This document shows, in pieces, positions 28,289 to 38,996 of a stretch of 64,000 nt of DNA (positions are counted from its first letter, which is position 1; every line of letters begins with the position of its first letter). The stretch comes from Shigella phage A2. The notes beneath the pieces are model-generated. The model saw nothing but the letters and a program-made list of their open reading frames with translations, did no database searches and was not told the origin of the DNA. The stretch lies in sequence record OP197928; one strand, given 5' to 3'. Both the position numbers and the translations under genes were made by a program.

Positions 28289-28657
28289 TTAATTACCAAT
28301 CGTATATTTAGGAACGAGTTTCCATTCGTGTTTTTGTTTAAAAGAAATAACTCGGAAGTTATTGGTTAAATCTTTCATAAAAGTTCTTTGACCAGGAACG
28401 ATTTCAATCAATCCCCAATCTTCTAACAGCCATGCAATCGAATCACGACGAACTTCATCTTCTTCTGTCATTTCAACTTGACGACCATCCATACGAAGCA
28501 TTTCTTTAAAATGAACGATATAGTATAGTCCTTTTTTCTGAAGAATATGGCAGGACTGATACAGAACTTTATCTTTATTATTAGCAATTCCCATACGAGT
28601 CAAAGTTTCTTTTACTTTCAGAAAATCTTCAGGTTTTTTAAGAGTAATTTCAATCAT
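28289..28657 (-). CDS. regA: translational repressor RegA, 122 aa
   Basis: 122 aa, MIEITLKKPEDFLKVKETL... Confidence 0.85.
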   Translation of the reverse strand: MIEITLKKPEDFLKVKETLTRMGIANNKDKVLYQSCHILQKKGLYYIVHFKEMLRMDGRQVEMTEEDEVRRDSIAWLLEDWGLIEIVPGQRTFMKDLTNNFRVISFKQKHEWKLVPKYTIGN

Positions 28658-28658
28658 T

Positions 28659-29222
28659 TTACCATTCCAATGCTAGTTTTTTGAGTTGTTTCTGTTCTTT
28701 TACGTTCTTAGTCACTTCTTTCAAAAAATCATCCGTGACTAATCCTTTAAGTTCTTTTAATACTAAAGGCAGTTTTCCATTTTTAGTAAGAATTGATTTA
28801 TAGTTAATTGCATCATTTGTATTAACTTGATACCGCTTAGCAAGTAACTTAATAATCAATACTTCGGTGGAATCTTCAACTAGTTTTGCCCATTTACCAT
28901 ATCTTTTACCACGAGGAACTGCAGCCATTAGATAATTAAAATGAGCTTCATCGCTTAAACCTGATCCAATTAAATTCATAGCATATACAGCTGGCATGCA
29001 CTCTGGAAATTGTGATAATGCATTTTCAACCATGAATTTTGAATAATCTTTTTGAGCAATAGAGCATTTAGTTTTATTATTAATAGCTCCAATTATTTCA
29101 AAAAATTCATTTTCAGCTTTTTCTTTAAAAGTATCAGCAGCAGATTGGACAGCTGTCCAATCTTTAGAATACCAAGCAACTTGATGCTCGTTTAATTGAA
29201 TATCATCTTCAAATAAGCTCAT
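28659..29222 (-). CDS. 62: clamp-loader small subunit gp62, 187 aa
   Basis: 187 aa, adjacent to gp44. Confidence 0.85.
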   Translation of the reverse strand: MSLFEDDIQLNEHQVAWYSKDWTAVQSAADTFKEKAENEFFEIIGAINNKTKCSIAQKDYSKFMVENALSQFPECMPAVYAMNLIGSGLSDEAHFNYLMAAVPRGKRYGKWAKLVEDSTEVLIIKLLAKRYQVNTNDAINYKSILTKNGKLPLVLKELKGLVTDDFLKEVTKNVKEQKQLKKLALEW

Positions 29223-29223
29223 A

Positions 29224-30183
29224 TCACTTCCACTGCATTTCGCATGCTAATTGAATGAAAAGATATGCTAAATGTAATTCCGTATTAGCCGCAATTCCAT
29301 GATACTGGTTATTTTCACCAACAATTTCATACATACGAATAATACTTTGCGGAGTTACGCGTGTATAGATTTCTTCGGCAAGCTTACCTACGAACCACGA
29401 ATAATCAGCTGCGTATTTTGGCGCTAAAGCTCTGAGCTGTTTAACATCTTTATTTTTGAGAGATTCAAGAACATCATCAATAGCGCCACGATCGTTAGTA
29501 ACCAGTGATAAAATACCAGCATCCAAAACACCTTTAGATGAATAACTATCGAGCTCACCAATAGTTTTACGAAAATCAGGAAAATTCTTTTTAACCAAAG
29601 CTGCTACAACTTTCATATCAGCTATAGCAATTCCTTCATGCTTGCAGATTTCAGTCAATCGACGAATCATCTGCTTCATCATTTCAATTTTATCTTCATC
29701 GGTCGGTTGACCGAACGTAATAACTCGGCAGCGTGACTGAAGTGGTTTAATAATACCATCAATATTGTTAGCAGTAATAATAATACTACAGTTTGAGCTG
29801 TAAGCTTCCATAAAGGAACGAAGATGTCGCTGAGACTCTGCTAATCCTGAGCGGTCAAATTCATCAATAACGATTACTTTTTGACGCCCATCAAATGAAG
29901 CGGCGCTAGCAAAATTAGTCAAAGGACCACGAACGAAATCAATTTTACAGTCTGATCCATTTACAAACATCATATCAGCATTTACATCATGACACAATGC
30001 TTTCGCTACAGTTGTTTTACCTGTTCCTGGAGAAGGAGAATGAAGAATAATATGTGGAATCTTACCTTTACTTGTAATAGATTTAAAGGTTTCTTTATCA
30101 AAGGCGGGAAGAATACATTCATCGATAGTAGATGGACGATATTTCTGTTCAAGAATGTGTTCTTTTTCATTTACGGTAATCAT
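29224..30183 (-). CDS. 44: clamp-loader ATPase gp44, 319 aa
   Basis: Walker A SPGTGKTT; start at MITVNEK with GAGGAA SD. Confidence 0.9.
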   Translation of the reverse strand: MITVNEKEHILEQKYRPSTIDECILPAFDKETFKSITSKGKIPHIILHSPSPGTGKTTVAKALCHDVNADMMFVNGSDCKIDFVRGPLTNFASAASFDGRQKVIVIDEFDRSGLAESQRHLRSFMEAYSSNCSIIITANNIDGIIKPLQSRCRVITFGQPTDEDKIEMMKQMIRRLTEICKHEGIAIADMKVVAALVKKNFPDFRKTIGELDSYSSKGVLDAGILSLVTNDRGAIDDVLESLKNKDVKQLRALAPKYAADYSWFVGKLAEEIYTRVTPQSIIRMYEIVGENNQYHGIAANTELHLAYLFIQLACEMQWK

Positions 30184-30216
30184 AATTTCCTCATTCAAGT
30201 TTTAGTGTAAATTATA

Positions 30217-30234
30217 AAGGGCCGAAGCCCTTTA
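30217..30234 (-). terminator. UUCG-tetraloop stem-loop between genes 45 and 44
   Basis: AAAGGGC-UUCG-GCCCUUU. Confidence 0.45.
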
Positions 30235-30921
30235 TTAAAAATCGTGGGTAGAATCAGCTTCAAGAGCTACTACATAATTCGCGTGTTCACCTTCAAATTT
30301 AGCAGCGCCTTGTTTACCTTTTGCCCAGAGCAGAAGTTTATAATTTCCTGGTTGCATTTTCATATTTGCCATATTGATAATGAAATTAAATGTATTTTCA
30401 CCATCATAATCACCAAGAGTCAAAGAATATTTAACACGGGTCAGAGCAGAATCTTCTACTTTATTAAAACCGTTAATTACGATTTTACCTTCTTTTACCG
30501 TGATAGCAATTGTATCAATTTGCAGACCACGAGATACACGCAACAGTTGTTGAAGGTCTTCAGCTTTAATTTCAGTAACAACAGATGCTACCGGGAATGG
30601 AATTGGTTTATTAGGAGCAACTACTGTACTCGGATCGGCTGCTGGCCAAAAAATTGTTGAACGAGCATCAGCAATTTTAATATTACCATCTTCTGACTGG
30701 GAAATTTCTGCATCATCATTAACTAGAGACAGAATACCGAGAAAACCGTTCAAATCGTAAATTGCTACATCAAAATCAATAACGTCAGAAATATTTGCTT
30801 CCGCATAAGTTGTACCATTAACTGCGCGAGTCATAATAAATTGACCGGATTTAAGCATAATACCGGAGTTAATAGTAGCGAAATTTTTAAGCAGAGCAGT
30901 AGTATCTTTAGACAGTTTCAT
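30235..30921 (-). CDS. 45: sliding clamp gp45, 228 aa
   Basis: 228 aa; MotA-box middle promoter upstream. Confidence 0.9.
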   Translation of the reverse strand: MKLSKDTTALLKNFATINSGIMLKSGQFIMTRAVNGTTYAEANISDVIDFDVAIYDLNGFLGILSLVNDDAEISQSEDGNIKIADARSTIFWPAADPSTVVAPNKPIPFPVASVVTEIKAEDLQQLLRVSRGLQIDTIAITVKEGKIVINGFNKVEDSALTRVKYSLTLGDYDGENTFNFIINMANMKMQPGNYKLLLWAKGKQGAAKFEGEHANYVVALEADSTHDF

Positions 30922-30950
30922 GTAATTTCCTTCAATTCAAATGAGATTTA

Positions 30951-30976
30951 ATTTTATAACTAATTTAATAAAGCAA
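30951..30976 (-). promoter_or_regulatory. middle promoter for gene 45 (MotA box TTGCTTTA, 12 bp, TAAAAT)
   Basis: reverse complement TTGCTTTAttaaattagttaTAAAAT. Confidence 0.6.
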
Positions 30977-31366
30977 TTAACGATTAAAATCAGCCGCAAT
31001 TGTTTCCGCAACAATTTGAGCAGCAACAATTAGGCGTTCATCTGCATTGCCGCAATATTCATCTTCAAGGCGTTCACCACATGAAGTCATAATAAATTTA
31101 GCACCAGCGTTTAGGGATTCTGTAGTATGTTTACGCATTAGTTCAATCCATTTATTACTTACTTCACGATCGATAGCTTCATAATACGCATGACGAGCAG
31201 GTGCAGATTTAATTTTGTTCTGAATAACTTCCATTGCGTTATCAGAAAGAGACAAAACCCATGCTCGACGAATTTTATTTTGGTTTTGTGGATTTGATTC
31301 AGAACGCACGTGTTTTGGCTGAATATCTTTTACATCAACAGTATAATTCACAGTAATTTTAGTCAT
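30977..31366 (-). CDS. rpbA: RNA polymerase binding protein RpbA, 129 aa
   Basis: 129-aa ORF between 45 and 46. Confidence 0.6.
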   Translation of the reverse strand: MTKITVNYTVDVKDIQPKHVRSESNPQNQNKIRRAWVLSLSDNAMEVIQNKIKSAPARHAYYEAIDREVSNKWIELMRKHTTESLNAGAKFIMTSCGERLEDEYCGNADERLIVAAQIVAETIAADFNR

Positions 31367-31375
31367 AATACACCT

Positions 31376-31564
31376 TTAGTCATAATAATCAGTAACAGTC
31401 CAAGCTTCATTTCTATTGGACATTATTTTTGTATATTCTGCTTTAAATGCATTCCTAAGCATAGATTCAGTAACTATATGCTCTTCATTAGAAAAATTAT
31501 TTCTCAGAATATATCGTTTTATTTCAGGAATAGTTAATAGATGCTGTCCAGTTGAATATTCCAT
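31376..31564 (-). CDS. hypothetical protein (45.2 position), 62 aa
   Basis: minus-strand ORF. Confidence 0.4.
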   Translation of the reverse strand: MEYSTGQHLLTIPEIKRYILRNNFSNEEHIVTESMLRNAFKAEYTKIMSNRNEAWTVTDYYD

Positions 31565-31619
31565 GTTTTTCCTCCATAGAGATTATACTCTAATAAATTA
31601 AAGCATAATCTCTTATAAA

Positions 31620-33302
31620 TTAAACCATTACAGTAAATCGACCAACTTTCTTCATTTGAAGATGCTGACCATATTCTTGTGGGTCATGGTCTTTATGCGA
31701 AATTATAAAGACATTAGTGTTTTTCATTGAATTTATAATATTAGCTACACCTTTAATACCTTCGGCGTCAAATGACCCATCAAACACTTCATCGAGTATT
31801 AATGTACTAATACTAACACCAGATACAATAGAAGCAATATCACGCCAAGTAAATAAAAGAGCAATATCAATTCGTGCTTTTTCACCTTCACTAAATGAAG
31901 CATAACTAAAATCTTCACGACCACGGGATTTAATTGTCTCATTAAATTCTTCATCTAATGTAAACACATAATCCGCTTCCATTATTTTAAGATAATGGTT
32001 AATTTGCTTATTAAATAATGGAATGTACTTTTTAATAATAGCGCCTTTAATACCAGAATCTTTGAGCATATCAGTCAAAATTCCTCTATGGTATTTTTCC
32101 ATTACTAAATTAGTTTTTGTCTTAACAATTTTATCAAGTTCTTCTTGAAGCAGTGCTATTTCATCAGCATGGTCAATAAACTCAGAAGATGCTTTTTCTA
32201 TAGCTGCTTTAACTTTTTTAGCTTTATCTACAGTCGTGATTAGAGATTTCTTTTTATTGCGAATATCATTTGCCAACGACTGTTGAGTTTTAATATTATC
32301 TCGGTATTCATCAACAAGAACTTTTAAATTATCACGGTGTGTTGAAAGCTGTTCAAACGAATGCGTACATTCAGAAACTTTATCTTTAATTTTAGAAACA
32401 ACTTTATCACCTGAACTTAATTGTGACAAGCAGGTTGGACATAATCCACCTTCGTGATACATATTAATGACTTTATTATACGAGTCAATTTTTGATTTAA
32501 TTAAAACTGCTTCTTGACCGATTTTATTAAATGCATCAGTCGGGTCTTCATCTAAAACAATATTAACTAATCTTTCGTTAGCTTCTTCTATTTCCGATTT
32601 TAACGTTCTAGCTTCTTTTGCCAAATCATCATACATATTTTGCAGACGAGTAAGGTTGTCACCCGTTAATTTTTTCTGGCGTTCAACGTTATCATTATAT
32701 ATTTTAATTTGTTGGATAATACTATCTTTTTTAACATCAAGCACTTGGTTCTGCGAATTTAATTCGCGTATTAGTGCTTTATTAAGCTTATCCATTTCAG
32801 CTAATGTTCCTACCTCAAGCAGGTCTTCCACAAGCTTTCTTCGTGCAGGGGTCGACAAACCCATGAAAGGGGTATACCCTGCTGTACCAAGGACAACAAT
32901 CTGCTTGAAACTGGCATATGACATTCCGATAAGCTGTTCAAATTCTGCTTGGAAATCTTTACTGCTGGCAGATTCATTAAGACGTGTACCGTTAACGGTG
33001 ATTTCGAAAACGTTTGGTTTTTGTCCTCTTTTGATATAATACTTTTTCTCATCATATTCCATCCACAGTTCAACTAAAAGTTCTTTCTTATTTGTGCTGT
33101 TTATTAATTGACCTTTCTTTACATCACGAAATGGCTTGCCAAAAAGCCCAAATGTGATGGCTTCTAACATAGTAGACTTACCACCGCCATTTCGTCCAGT
33201 AATAAGAGTTTTTTGAACCTTATCTAATTGAATGTCAATAGGATTTCCACCTACTGACATTATATTTTGATACCTAACTCGGTTTAATTTAAAATTCTTC
33301 AC
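31620..33302 (-). CDS. 46: recombination nuclease subunit gp46 (Rad50/SbcC-like ATPase), 560 aa
   Basis: Walker A GRNGGGKST, coiled-coil with CPTC zinc hook, C-terminal signature. Confidence 0.9.
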   Translation of the reverse strand: MKNFKLNRVRYQNIMSVGGNPIDIQLDKVQKTLITGRNGGGKSTMLEAITFGLFGKPFRDVKKGQLINSTNKKELLVELWMEYDEKKYYIKRGQKPNVFEITVNGTRLNESASSKDFQAEFEQLIGMSYASFKQIVVLGTAGYTPFMGLSTPARRKLVEDLLEVGTLAEMDKLNKALIRELNSQNQVLDVKKDSIIQQIKIYNDNVERQKKLTGDNLTRLQNMYDDLAKEARTLKSEIEEANERLVNIVLDEDPTDAFNKIGQEAVLIKSKIDSYNKVINMYHEGGLCPTCLSQLSSGDKVVSKIKDKVSECTHSFEQLSTHRDNLKVLVDEYRDNIKTQQSLANDIRNKKKSLITTVDKAKKVKAAIEKASSEFIDHADEIALLQEELDKIVKTKTNLVMEKYHRGILTDMLKDSGIKGAIIKKYIPLFNKQINHYLKIMEADYVFTLDEEFNETIKSRGREDFSYASFSEGEKARIDIALLFTWRDIASIVSGVSISTLILDEVFDGSFDAEGIKGVANIINSMKNTNVFIISHKDHDPQEYGQHLQMKKVGRFTVMV

Positions 33303-33514
33303 AAAAGATTCCTTTTAATGTATCTTTTAGACCATTCTATCATATCATCATAATCTAAAAAGTATTCATCAAATTCAGCCATGCAAACAACACCTTGTGC
33401 TGTTTTTGATGTAATATAAATTATTCCAACATATCTGGAATCTTCTTCAGTATAATCAATATTTGCTATGAATTCATCATTAATGTCAAATGTCGAAAAC
33501 TTCACAGTATGCAT
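33299..33514 (-). CDS. hypothetical protein (46.1 position), about 71 aa
   Basis: ATG 33512-33514 with AAGGAT SD. Confidence 0.4.
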   Translation of the reverse strand: MHTVKFSTFDINDEFIANIDYTEEDSRYVGIIYITSKTAQGVVCMAEFDEYFLDYDDMIEWSKRYIKRNLL

Positions 33515-33749
33515 CCTTAATACAAGATACAGCCATATCTCGTAATGATTTAGGTGTGTCATTATCTAAAATGTTGAAGTTAAAAGATACAGCCCAGTCA
33601 GTGCACACTGTAACCTTTTTAATACAATTATCTTCAACCTCTAACGGTTCAAACCAATATTCAATAATTTCTTTATGCCCAATATCATCTTTTACTTCGC
33701 ATTCAAAATGCTGACTCATCATAACATTTTTAAATTCATCAAAAGTCAT
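33486..33749 (-). CDS. hypothetical protein (46.2 position), 87 aa
   Basis: minus-strand ORF, 4-nt overlap with gp47. Confidence 0.45.
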   Translation of the reverse strand: MTFDEFKNVMMSQHFECEVKDDIGHKEIIEYWFEPLEVEDNCIKKVTVCTDWAVSFNFNILDNDTPKSLRDMAVSCIKDAYCEVFDI

Positions 33750-34765
33750 TGTGTTGCCTCTACATATAACTGATTCGCATATTGAATAAGTGCTTCACGG
33801 TCAGAATCAGTGATGTCTGGAATTGCATTAATGTATTCTTCCATTAACGTCTGAAGAGATTGAACTTCAACTTCTTCACTGTCATCTGACTCGACAGAGT
33901 TATCAATTTTTGACACAACTCGTAATGAATGCACAACTTTTTCTAGTTCAGATTCGAACTTAGTTAAATTTTTGTCTACTTCAGTTACTATAACACGTAC
34001 TGATAGATTTGTAAAATCTTTATAGTCAATTTTTCCTTTAAATGGATAATGAATTCTACGATGCCAGGTAGTGTTGTTTGGAATAAATTCCATTCGTTCT
34101 GTTTCTGTATCAAACATCCAGAACCCACGAGGGTCATTCTCGTCACCTGCAGTTAGTGTCCATGGTGTCCCAATATATCTGACGTTAGCAGCCTCAGAGA
34201 TAGTATGGAAGTGACCAGACCACACTTCTTTATAAGTCTTAAGGAAATCGGGTTCAAGACCGTGAGATTTCATTCCTTTATAAAAATAAAATCCGTTCAG
34301 CTCCCAGTGACCAACACAAAAAGAAGCAGATGAAGTTTTGATGTGCTCAAGAATTTCACCAGTATTTTCTTCACACATCCAAGGAATTAAATCAATTAAA
34401 CATCCGTCAAAATCTACTGTAGTAGGCTTATCATATACTTTAACATTAGGATATTTAGCCAAAAGCTCAGTAGAGGCATTTGGAGTTAAAGTATTTTTAA
34501 AGTGCATATCATGGTTTCCTACAACAGTATGTAGGGTAATACCAGCATCATCAAGCATTTGAACTATTTCACGAGCGAACTCCATAGTTTTATGTGTGAT
34601 TGCTTTTCGCACATCAAAAATATCGCCATATTGAATCCAGGTAGTAATTCCATTTTTCTTAGAATATTCTATTGCTTGTTTAATTCCATCCAACTGAATG
34701 GATTGAACCCACTCATCATCGGCTTTAACGCCTAAATGCCAATCACCTAAATTTAAAATTTTCAT
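33746..34765 (-). CDS. 47: recombination nuclease subunit gp47 (Mre11/SbcD-like phosphoesterase), 339 aa
   Basis: metallophosphoesterase motifs (GDWHLG, GNHD, GHxH). Confidence 0.9.
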   Translation of the reverse strand: MKILNLGDWHLGVKADDEWVQSIQLDGIKQAIEYSKKNGITTWIQYGDIFDVRKAITHKTMEFAREIVQMLDDAGITLHTVVGNHDMHFKNTLTPNASTELLAKYPNVKVYDKPTTVDFDGCLIDLIPWMCEENTGEILEHIKTSSASFCVGHWELNGFYFYKGMKSHGLEPDFLKTYKEVWSGHFHTISEAANVRYIGTPWTLTAGDENDPRGFWMFDTETERMEFIPNNTTWHRRIHYPFKGKIDYKDFTNLSVRVIVTEVDKNLTKFESELEKVVHSLRVVSKIDNSVESDDSEEVEVQSLQTLMEEYINAIPDITDSDREALIQYANQLYVEATQ

Positions 34766-34925
34766 ATATCAAGAACCGTCATTGAAATGCAAAATAAAAT
34801 TATTGAAATAAACCCATCTGGTGTGCTAAAGAACCCAATCCAACATGCTCTAGTGAATAGATAAAATGCAAGAAAAAGTATCACATATCCAAGAAATATC
34901 ATTATATCAAACTCCGTATAAAGCT

Positions 34926-34943
34926 AAAGGGCCGAAGCCCTTT
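34926..34943 (-). terminator. UUCG-tetraloop stem-loop downstream of alpha-gt
   Basis: AAAGGGC-UUCG-GCCCUUU. Confidence 0.45.
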
Positions 34944-36144
34944 ATTTTGTAATAATGTCAAACTGTTCTTTAAAGCAGAAGCTTGAATCTTGATGCTGAT
35001 ACAAAAATTCATAAGCTTTTTCACGTTCGCGGTCATAAAGAGTTCGGTCAGATGACAGTTCTTTAATACGTTCAAATGTTGATTCCATATCATTTTCATC
35101 AAACCAAATGATACCGCTATCATGCGAGGTCAAAGGAGTATTATCAACACGGAATTTTAAATTTTCGCCAGTAGATTTCCAAAATACCGGAATTGTTCCG
35201 CATGCACCAAGCTCGAGATGAGTATATTCTAAAGAACGCTGTAGATATTTTTTGTCCAACTTACTCAGCTGATAACCAAATCCGGATTTACTCATACGTT
35301 CAAGCATTTCGCTATTTACATAACGGTCAAGAATTTGCGTTGGCAAATTAGGAGCAATTTTAATTTGGTCTACTTGATGAAGACGATAATACTCGTATGG
35401 AATTCCTTTTTCTTTAATAGGAATGAACGCTGGAGAACGTTCCAGACCTTCCATAATAGTACTTAGTCCTGCAGGTTTAAGATGTTTTTCGTGAAAATCA
35501 AACATCTGATAAAAACCTTTCCATGTAGTCGTACGACCAATCCAACGGTTGATATTCATGTTAATTTCAGAAACATCTTTCCAGTAGGTTGATCGAACTT
35601 TCGCAATATCCATAGGAGGCTGAAAGTTATATACTGTCGGTGCTTCTTCAATATCATCAAACAGAGAAACAGTTTCTGGATACCATTCTTTCATCAGAAC
35701 TTTATTAAAATCACCATTATCAGAATGGCTAAAAATAACATCAGCTCGACGAACAGTTTCTTCTAATCCCAAATTTCGGCGCAAAGAAAGAGAAGAATGG
35801 TCATGTTGATAAACTACAACACGAACCGAAGGTTTAATGTTATCAATAATTTTTTTATAGTTATTAATAGTGTCTTCTTCGACTGAAGTAGCAGGAACTG
35901 AATTGATAATTAGAATATCACAATCATTTACCAGCTTAAGTGTTTTATCGTATTCTTTTGCCAATAAAACCGGAATTGAAAATGACTTATAATCATGCGC
36001 GCAATTACGAGTAAATGATTTATCTTTAGCATAAACCAAAGTTACTTCATGACCATTTTTAATAAACCAATCACGTTGCTCAAGAGAAAATTTAGTTACG
36101 CCGCAACCTTCAAGACCTCGAGCCATAAAAATGCATACTTTCAT
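34942..36144 (-). CDS. a-gt: DNA alpha-glucosyltransferase, 400 aa
   Basis: 400 aa; sequence as recalled for T4 alpha-gt (..CIFMARGLEGCGVTKFSLEQRDWF..). Confidence 0.9.
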   Translation of the reverse strand: MKVCIFMARGLEGCGVTKFSLEQRDWFIKNGHEVTLVYAKDKSFTRNCAHDYKSFSIPVLLAKEYDKTLKLVNDCDILIINSVPATSVEEDTINNYKKIIDNIKPSVRVVVYQHDHSSLSLRRNLGLEETVRRADVIFSHSDNGDFNKVLMKEWYPETVSLFDDIEEAPTVYNFQPPMDIAKVRSTYWKDVSEINMNINRWIGRTTTWKGFYQMFDFHEKHLKPAGLSTIMEGLERSPAFIPIKEKGIPYEYYRLHQVDQIKIAPNLPTQILDRYVNSEMLERMSKSGFGYQLSKLDKKYLQRSLEYTHLELGACGTIPVFWKSTGENLKFRVDNTPLTSHDSGIIWFDENDMESTFERIKELSSDRTLYDREREKAYEFLYQHQDSSFCFKEQFDIITK

Positions 36145-36168
36145 TTAATATCCTCATTGTTTTGGTTT

Positions 36169-36193
36169 ATTTTACCAAAAATTTATAAAGCAA
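36169..36193 (-). promoter_or_regulatory. middle promoter for alpha-gt (MotA box TTGCTTTA, 11 bp, TAAAAT)
   Basis: reverse complement TTGCTTTAtaaatttttggTAAAAT. Confidence 0.55.
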
Positions 36194-36195
36194 TA

Positions 36196-36212
36196 TAGGA
36201 GCCGAAGCTCCT
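36196..36212 (-). terminator. UUCG-tetraloop stem-loop upstream of alpha-gt promoter
   Basis: GGAGC-UUCG-GCUCC. Confidence 0.35.
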
Positions 36213-36387
36213 ATCCGCATAATACACCATACAGAGGCTCATTAGAGCTTCTAAATTTTATACGCTTATATGTTATAGTTCCTTCTGCTTTAGCTTTATC
36301 ATGAGACTCTTTAAAGCGTCTCATCATTTCTACTTTAGAGGAACGAATTTTATTATAATCTATTTCAGAAGTCTGGGTGTTCATCTT

Positions 36388-36591
36388 TCATAACTGCCAC
36401 CATTTTTTGACTTGATAAGAATCAACCCACACTTTCATATTAGGGTCTGCTCTTACAATAGGAGGATTAACTTCTTTAATTGAACTATCATGGTATTCTT
36501 TTTCAGAAATTTTCACACAAAGATGACCATTCAAAGATTCAGTAAATCCTGCATTAATTTTAAGACGCTTGAATTTTACGTGTGTAAGCAT
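36388..36591 (-). CDS. hypothetical protein, about 67 aa
   Basis: ATG 36589-36591 with GAGGAT SD; overlaps upstream gene by about 30 nt. Confidence 0.35.
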   Translation of the reverse strand: MLTHVKFKRLKINAGFTESLNGHLCVKISEKEYHDSSIKEVNPPIVRADPNMKVWVDSYQVKKWWQL

Positions 36592-36877
36592 CAATCATAT
36601 CCTCAATCTGCGATCTAGTAGTCTTCCAAAGAATACTGATGAGTTCATCGTTATATGGCTGTTTTAGAATATCCCGACTTTTCTTGATAGCATATTCGTA
36701 TTGAGCAAAATTATTGTTTTCAGCTGCAATCTGAGCATGCTTATAAAGACGGTTCAGTTCGCGTTTGTTTTTAGACAATAACTTATTTGCTTTTCTTTCT
36801 GCTTCAAGACGGTTCTTTTCTTCAATAGAAGAAATAAGCTTTTCCACTTCATCATTAATTTCGGGTTTATCAGTCAT
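36560..36877 (-). CDS. hypothetical protein, 105 aa
   Basis: minus-strand ORF. Confidence 0.5.
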   Translation of the reverse strand: MTDKPEINDEVEKLISSIEEKNRLEAERKANKLLSKNKRELNRLYKHAQIAAENNNFAQYEYAIKKSRDILKQPYNDELISILWKTTRSQIEDMIDAYTRKIQAS

Positions 36878-36878
36878 A

Positions 36879-37097
36879 TTATTTCTCTAATATAAAATAA
36901 AAATCATCATCTGTTAAATGATACCGATAGTTTAATTCTACACCATTAGATTTAAAAGCGGTATCATACGGATTTTCTGGATCAATATCAATGTCAAGAG
37001 CTAAAACTTCCCTGAGATACATTTTAAGTAAATAGGGAATAGCTTCAACTTCAGGTATTTCTTCCAAGAATCCGGAGAGGTTAATCGTTAGCCTCAT
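36879..37097 (-). CDS. hypothetical protein, 72 aa
   Basis: minus-strand ORF directly downstream of gene 55. Confidence 0.45.
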
Positions 37098-37638
37098 ATA
37101 AAAAATCCAAACTAGGAGAATCGTCTACAACACTTTTCTTTTCAGCCCCCGGTGTTCTATAGGTTGATTCTTCGTAATGCGTCATTTTATCGTAGATGTC
37201 TTGAATAAAAGTTTCATCTACTAACGCAACCATATCGTCGTCACGGCTGTCATAGACATTGTGAACGAAGTAACTATATTTCTTTGCAACTTCCTTACGT
37301 TCTTTTTTAATACGTTGGACGAATGCATTAAAACAAGCTTGAGTTATATATGCATGCGGGTTTTTATATTTCGTTTCATCAAAATTGTGAAGCCCCTTAA
37401 TAGAAGCTTCTATACCATCTGCAATCATTTCTTGTTTCCAAGACTGGGTGTATCCTGAAAAGTTGAAACGTTTAGATAAGCCTTCTGCAATAAGCATAAT
37501 GGCTAATCCGATAGTATCATTCTGACGAACTACTTTATTTGGGTCTTTATTATTTGCTAATTCTGTTTTCCAATCAATAATAGCTTGTAAAAGCTCTTTA
37601 TTGTTTACGTAATTATATTTAGGCTTAGTTTCTGACAT
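37081..37638 (-). CDS. 55: late-transcription sigma factor gp55, 185 aa
   Basis: start [17 protein letters not shown] with GAGGTG SD; 185 aa. Confidence 0.85.
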
Positions 37639-37716
37639 TTTCACCTCTTAGCTCAATTCATAGATCTATTATATCATAATATTTGAAGATCTATCTTAAA
37701 GCACAGAGGATATCAG

Positions 37717-37986
37717 TTATCTAAGTAAACAGTATGCTTGGAATACTTTCTCCATCATCTTTTTAAATTCATGAATATCTATATAATGACTAGTTAGATC
37801 AGCATGATATAAAAAGTCTAAAAACTTTTCATGTGTACTAACATATTCACTTTCATTTAATTCAGAAACATGACTTTCCCAATATCCAACACCAGTCTTA
37901 TTTGGGAAAAATGAAATTTTCATGTATTGGTCAACATAGAAAATGCCATAATTTTCAATAGTAATAGAAATATTAATAAATTTCAT
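37717..37986 (-). CDS. hypothetical protein, 89 aa
   Basis: minus-strand ORF. Confidence 0.45.
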   Translation of the reverse strand: MKFINISITIENYGIFYVDQYMKISFFPNKTGVGYWESHVSELNESEYVSTHEKFLDFLYHADLTSHYIDIHEFKKMMEKVFQAYCLLR

Positions 37987-38204
37987 ACATTCATCAACTT
38001 AGCCGCTTCGAGAGCTGCATCTAGTGAATCAAACTGGTCAACGTATTCAATCAATTCGCCATAATTAGCGTATAACCACCATTGGCTAAATTCATACTCA
38101 AGGATGAATCCATTTCCTTCAATTTGAGTTAAACCAATGCCATTTGTATTTACTTCATATCCGGCAAGACGTAAATCGTTAATAAGAGCTTCGTTCATAT
38201 TCAT
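37983..38204 (-). CDS. hypothetical protein, 73 aa
   Basis: minus-strand ORF, 4-nt overlaps. Confidence 0.45.
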   Translation of the reverse strand: MNMNEALINDLRLAGYEVNTNGIGLTQIEGNGFILEYEFSQWWLYANYGELIEYVDQFDSLDAALEAAKLMNV

Positions 38205-38527
38205 ACCTTAGCAATTTTCAGGTCAGCAAATTTTTTCTTGCGTTGATTTTTCATACGACGAATAGTTTTATCGGAAATTTCATGTTTTTGATAAGCTTTA
38301 GATTCTACACCAAAAGCTTTAACATCAAATTCTGACAAGATATATTGAACCAACAATTCACGGACAGTATTTCGTCCAATCTTCTGATCATTCTGTTTCA
38401 TCGTCTGATGAAGCTCTTTTTCCCATTTATCCAAAATTTGAGGAGTTACAATATCGCCTTTTTCTAGCAGAGAAACTACTTTATCATATGCATAAGAATT
38501 GATGGCGTTTTTAATTTGAATAGTCAT
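38201..38527 (-). CDS. hypothetical protein, 108 aa
   Basis: minus-strand ORF following terminator at 38561-38582. Confidence 0.5.
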   Translation of the reverse strand: MTIQIKNAINSYAYDKVVSLLEKGDIVTPQILDKWEKELHQTMKQNDQKIGRNTVRELLVQYILSEFDVKAFGVESKAYQKHEISDKTIRRMKNQRKKKFADLKIAKV

Positions 38528-38560
38528 ACATTATCCTCAATTGCGTTAAAATTTTATTAT

Positions 38561-38582
38561 CCAAAAAGGGCCGAAGCCCTTA
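38561..38582 (-). terminator. intrinsic terminator
   Basis: AAGGGC-UUCG-GCCCUU followed by UUUUUGG. Confidence 0.6.
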
Positions 38583-38780
38583 GCTAAACTGTTTGGCACC
38601 CTTCCAGCCTTCGTACATCATTGCGGCTGATATTAATATTGCTCCTGCGCATTTTGAATATTTGTGATTCCAAAACCAGTTCAGAAAAACTTCGTCATCA
38701 ATACCCTGGGCTATCATATTTTCAAAGAACTGGCGACGAGCTTCAGCAATTCGTTGCGATAATTTAGATTCAGGATTCAT
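38580..38780 (-). CDS. hypothetical protein, 66 aa
   Basis: minus-strand ORF. Confidence 0.4.
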   Translation of the reverse strand: MNPESKLSQRIAEARRQFFENMIAQGIDDEVFLNWFWNHKYSKCAGAILISAAMMYEGWKGAKQFS

Positions 38781-38996
38781 TTAAATTTTCCAATTACCAT
38801 TTTCATCAATAAATTTAATCCAGTCATTTACTGACCACTTGGTCGTATCGCCTTTTGGAGCAACATTTAAAGTATATAATCCCTGTTTAAAAAGCATGCG
38901 TTTGATATTCATATTTTCCTCAGCTGTAACGATAGCACTCGTTTGATTTACGCTTAGCAACTCGTTGAGAAGTATTGTAATCAAAATCATCGTCAA
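38781..38996 (-). CDS. hypothetical protein, 71 aa
   Basis: minus-strand ORF. Confidence 0.4.
   Translation of the reverse strand: MTMILITILLNELLSVNQTSAIVTAEENMNIKRMLFKQGLYTLNVAPKGDTTKWSVNDWIKFIDENGNWKI

Noticed and set aside
36211-36384. 57-aa minus-strand ORF between alpha-gt promoter region and the upstream gene
   Set aside because: No recognisable SD, and its 3' end runs through the UUCG hairpin and middle-promoter region; more likely non-coding leader.
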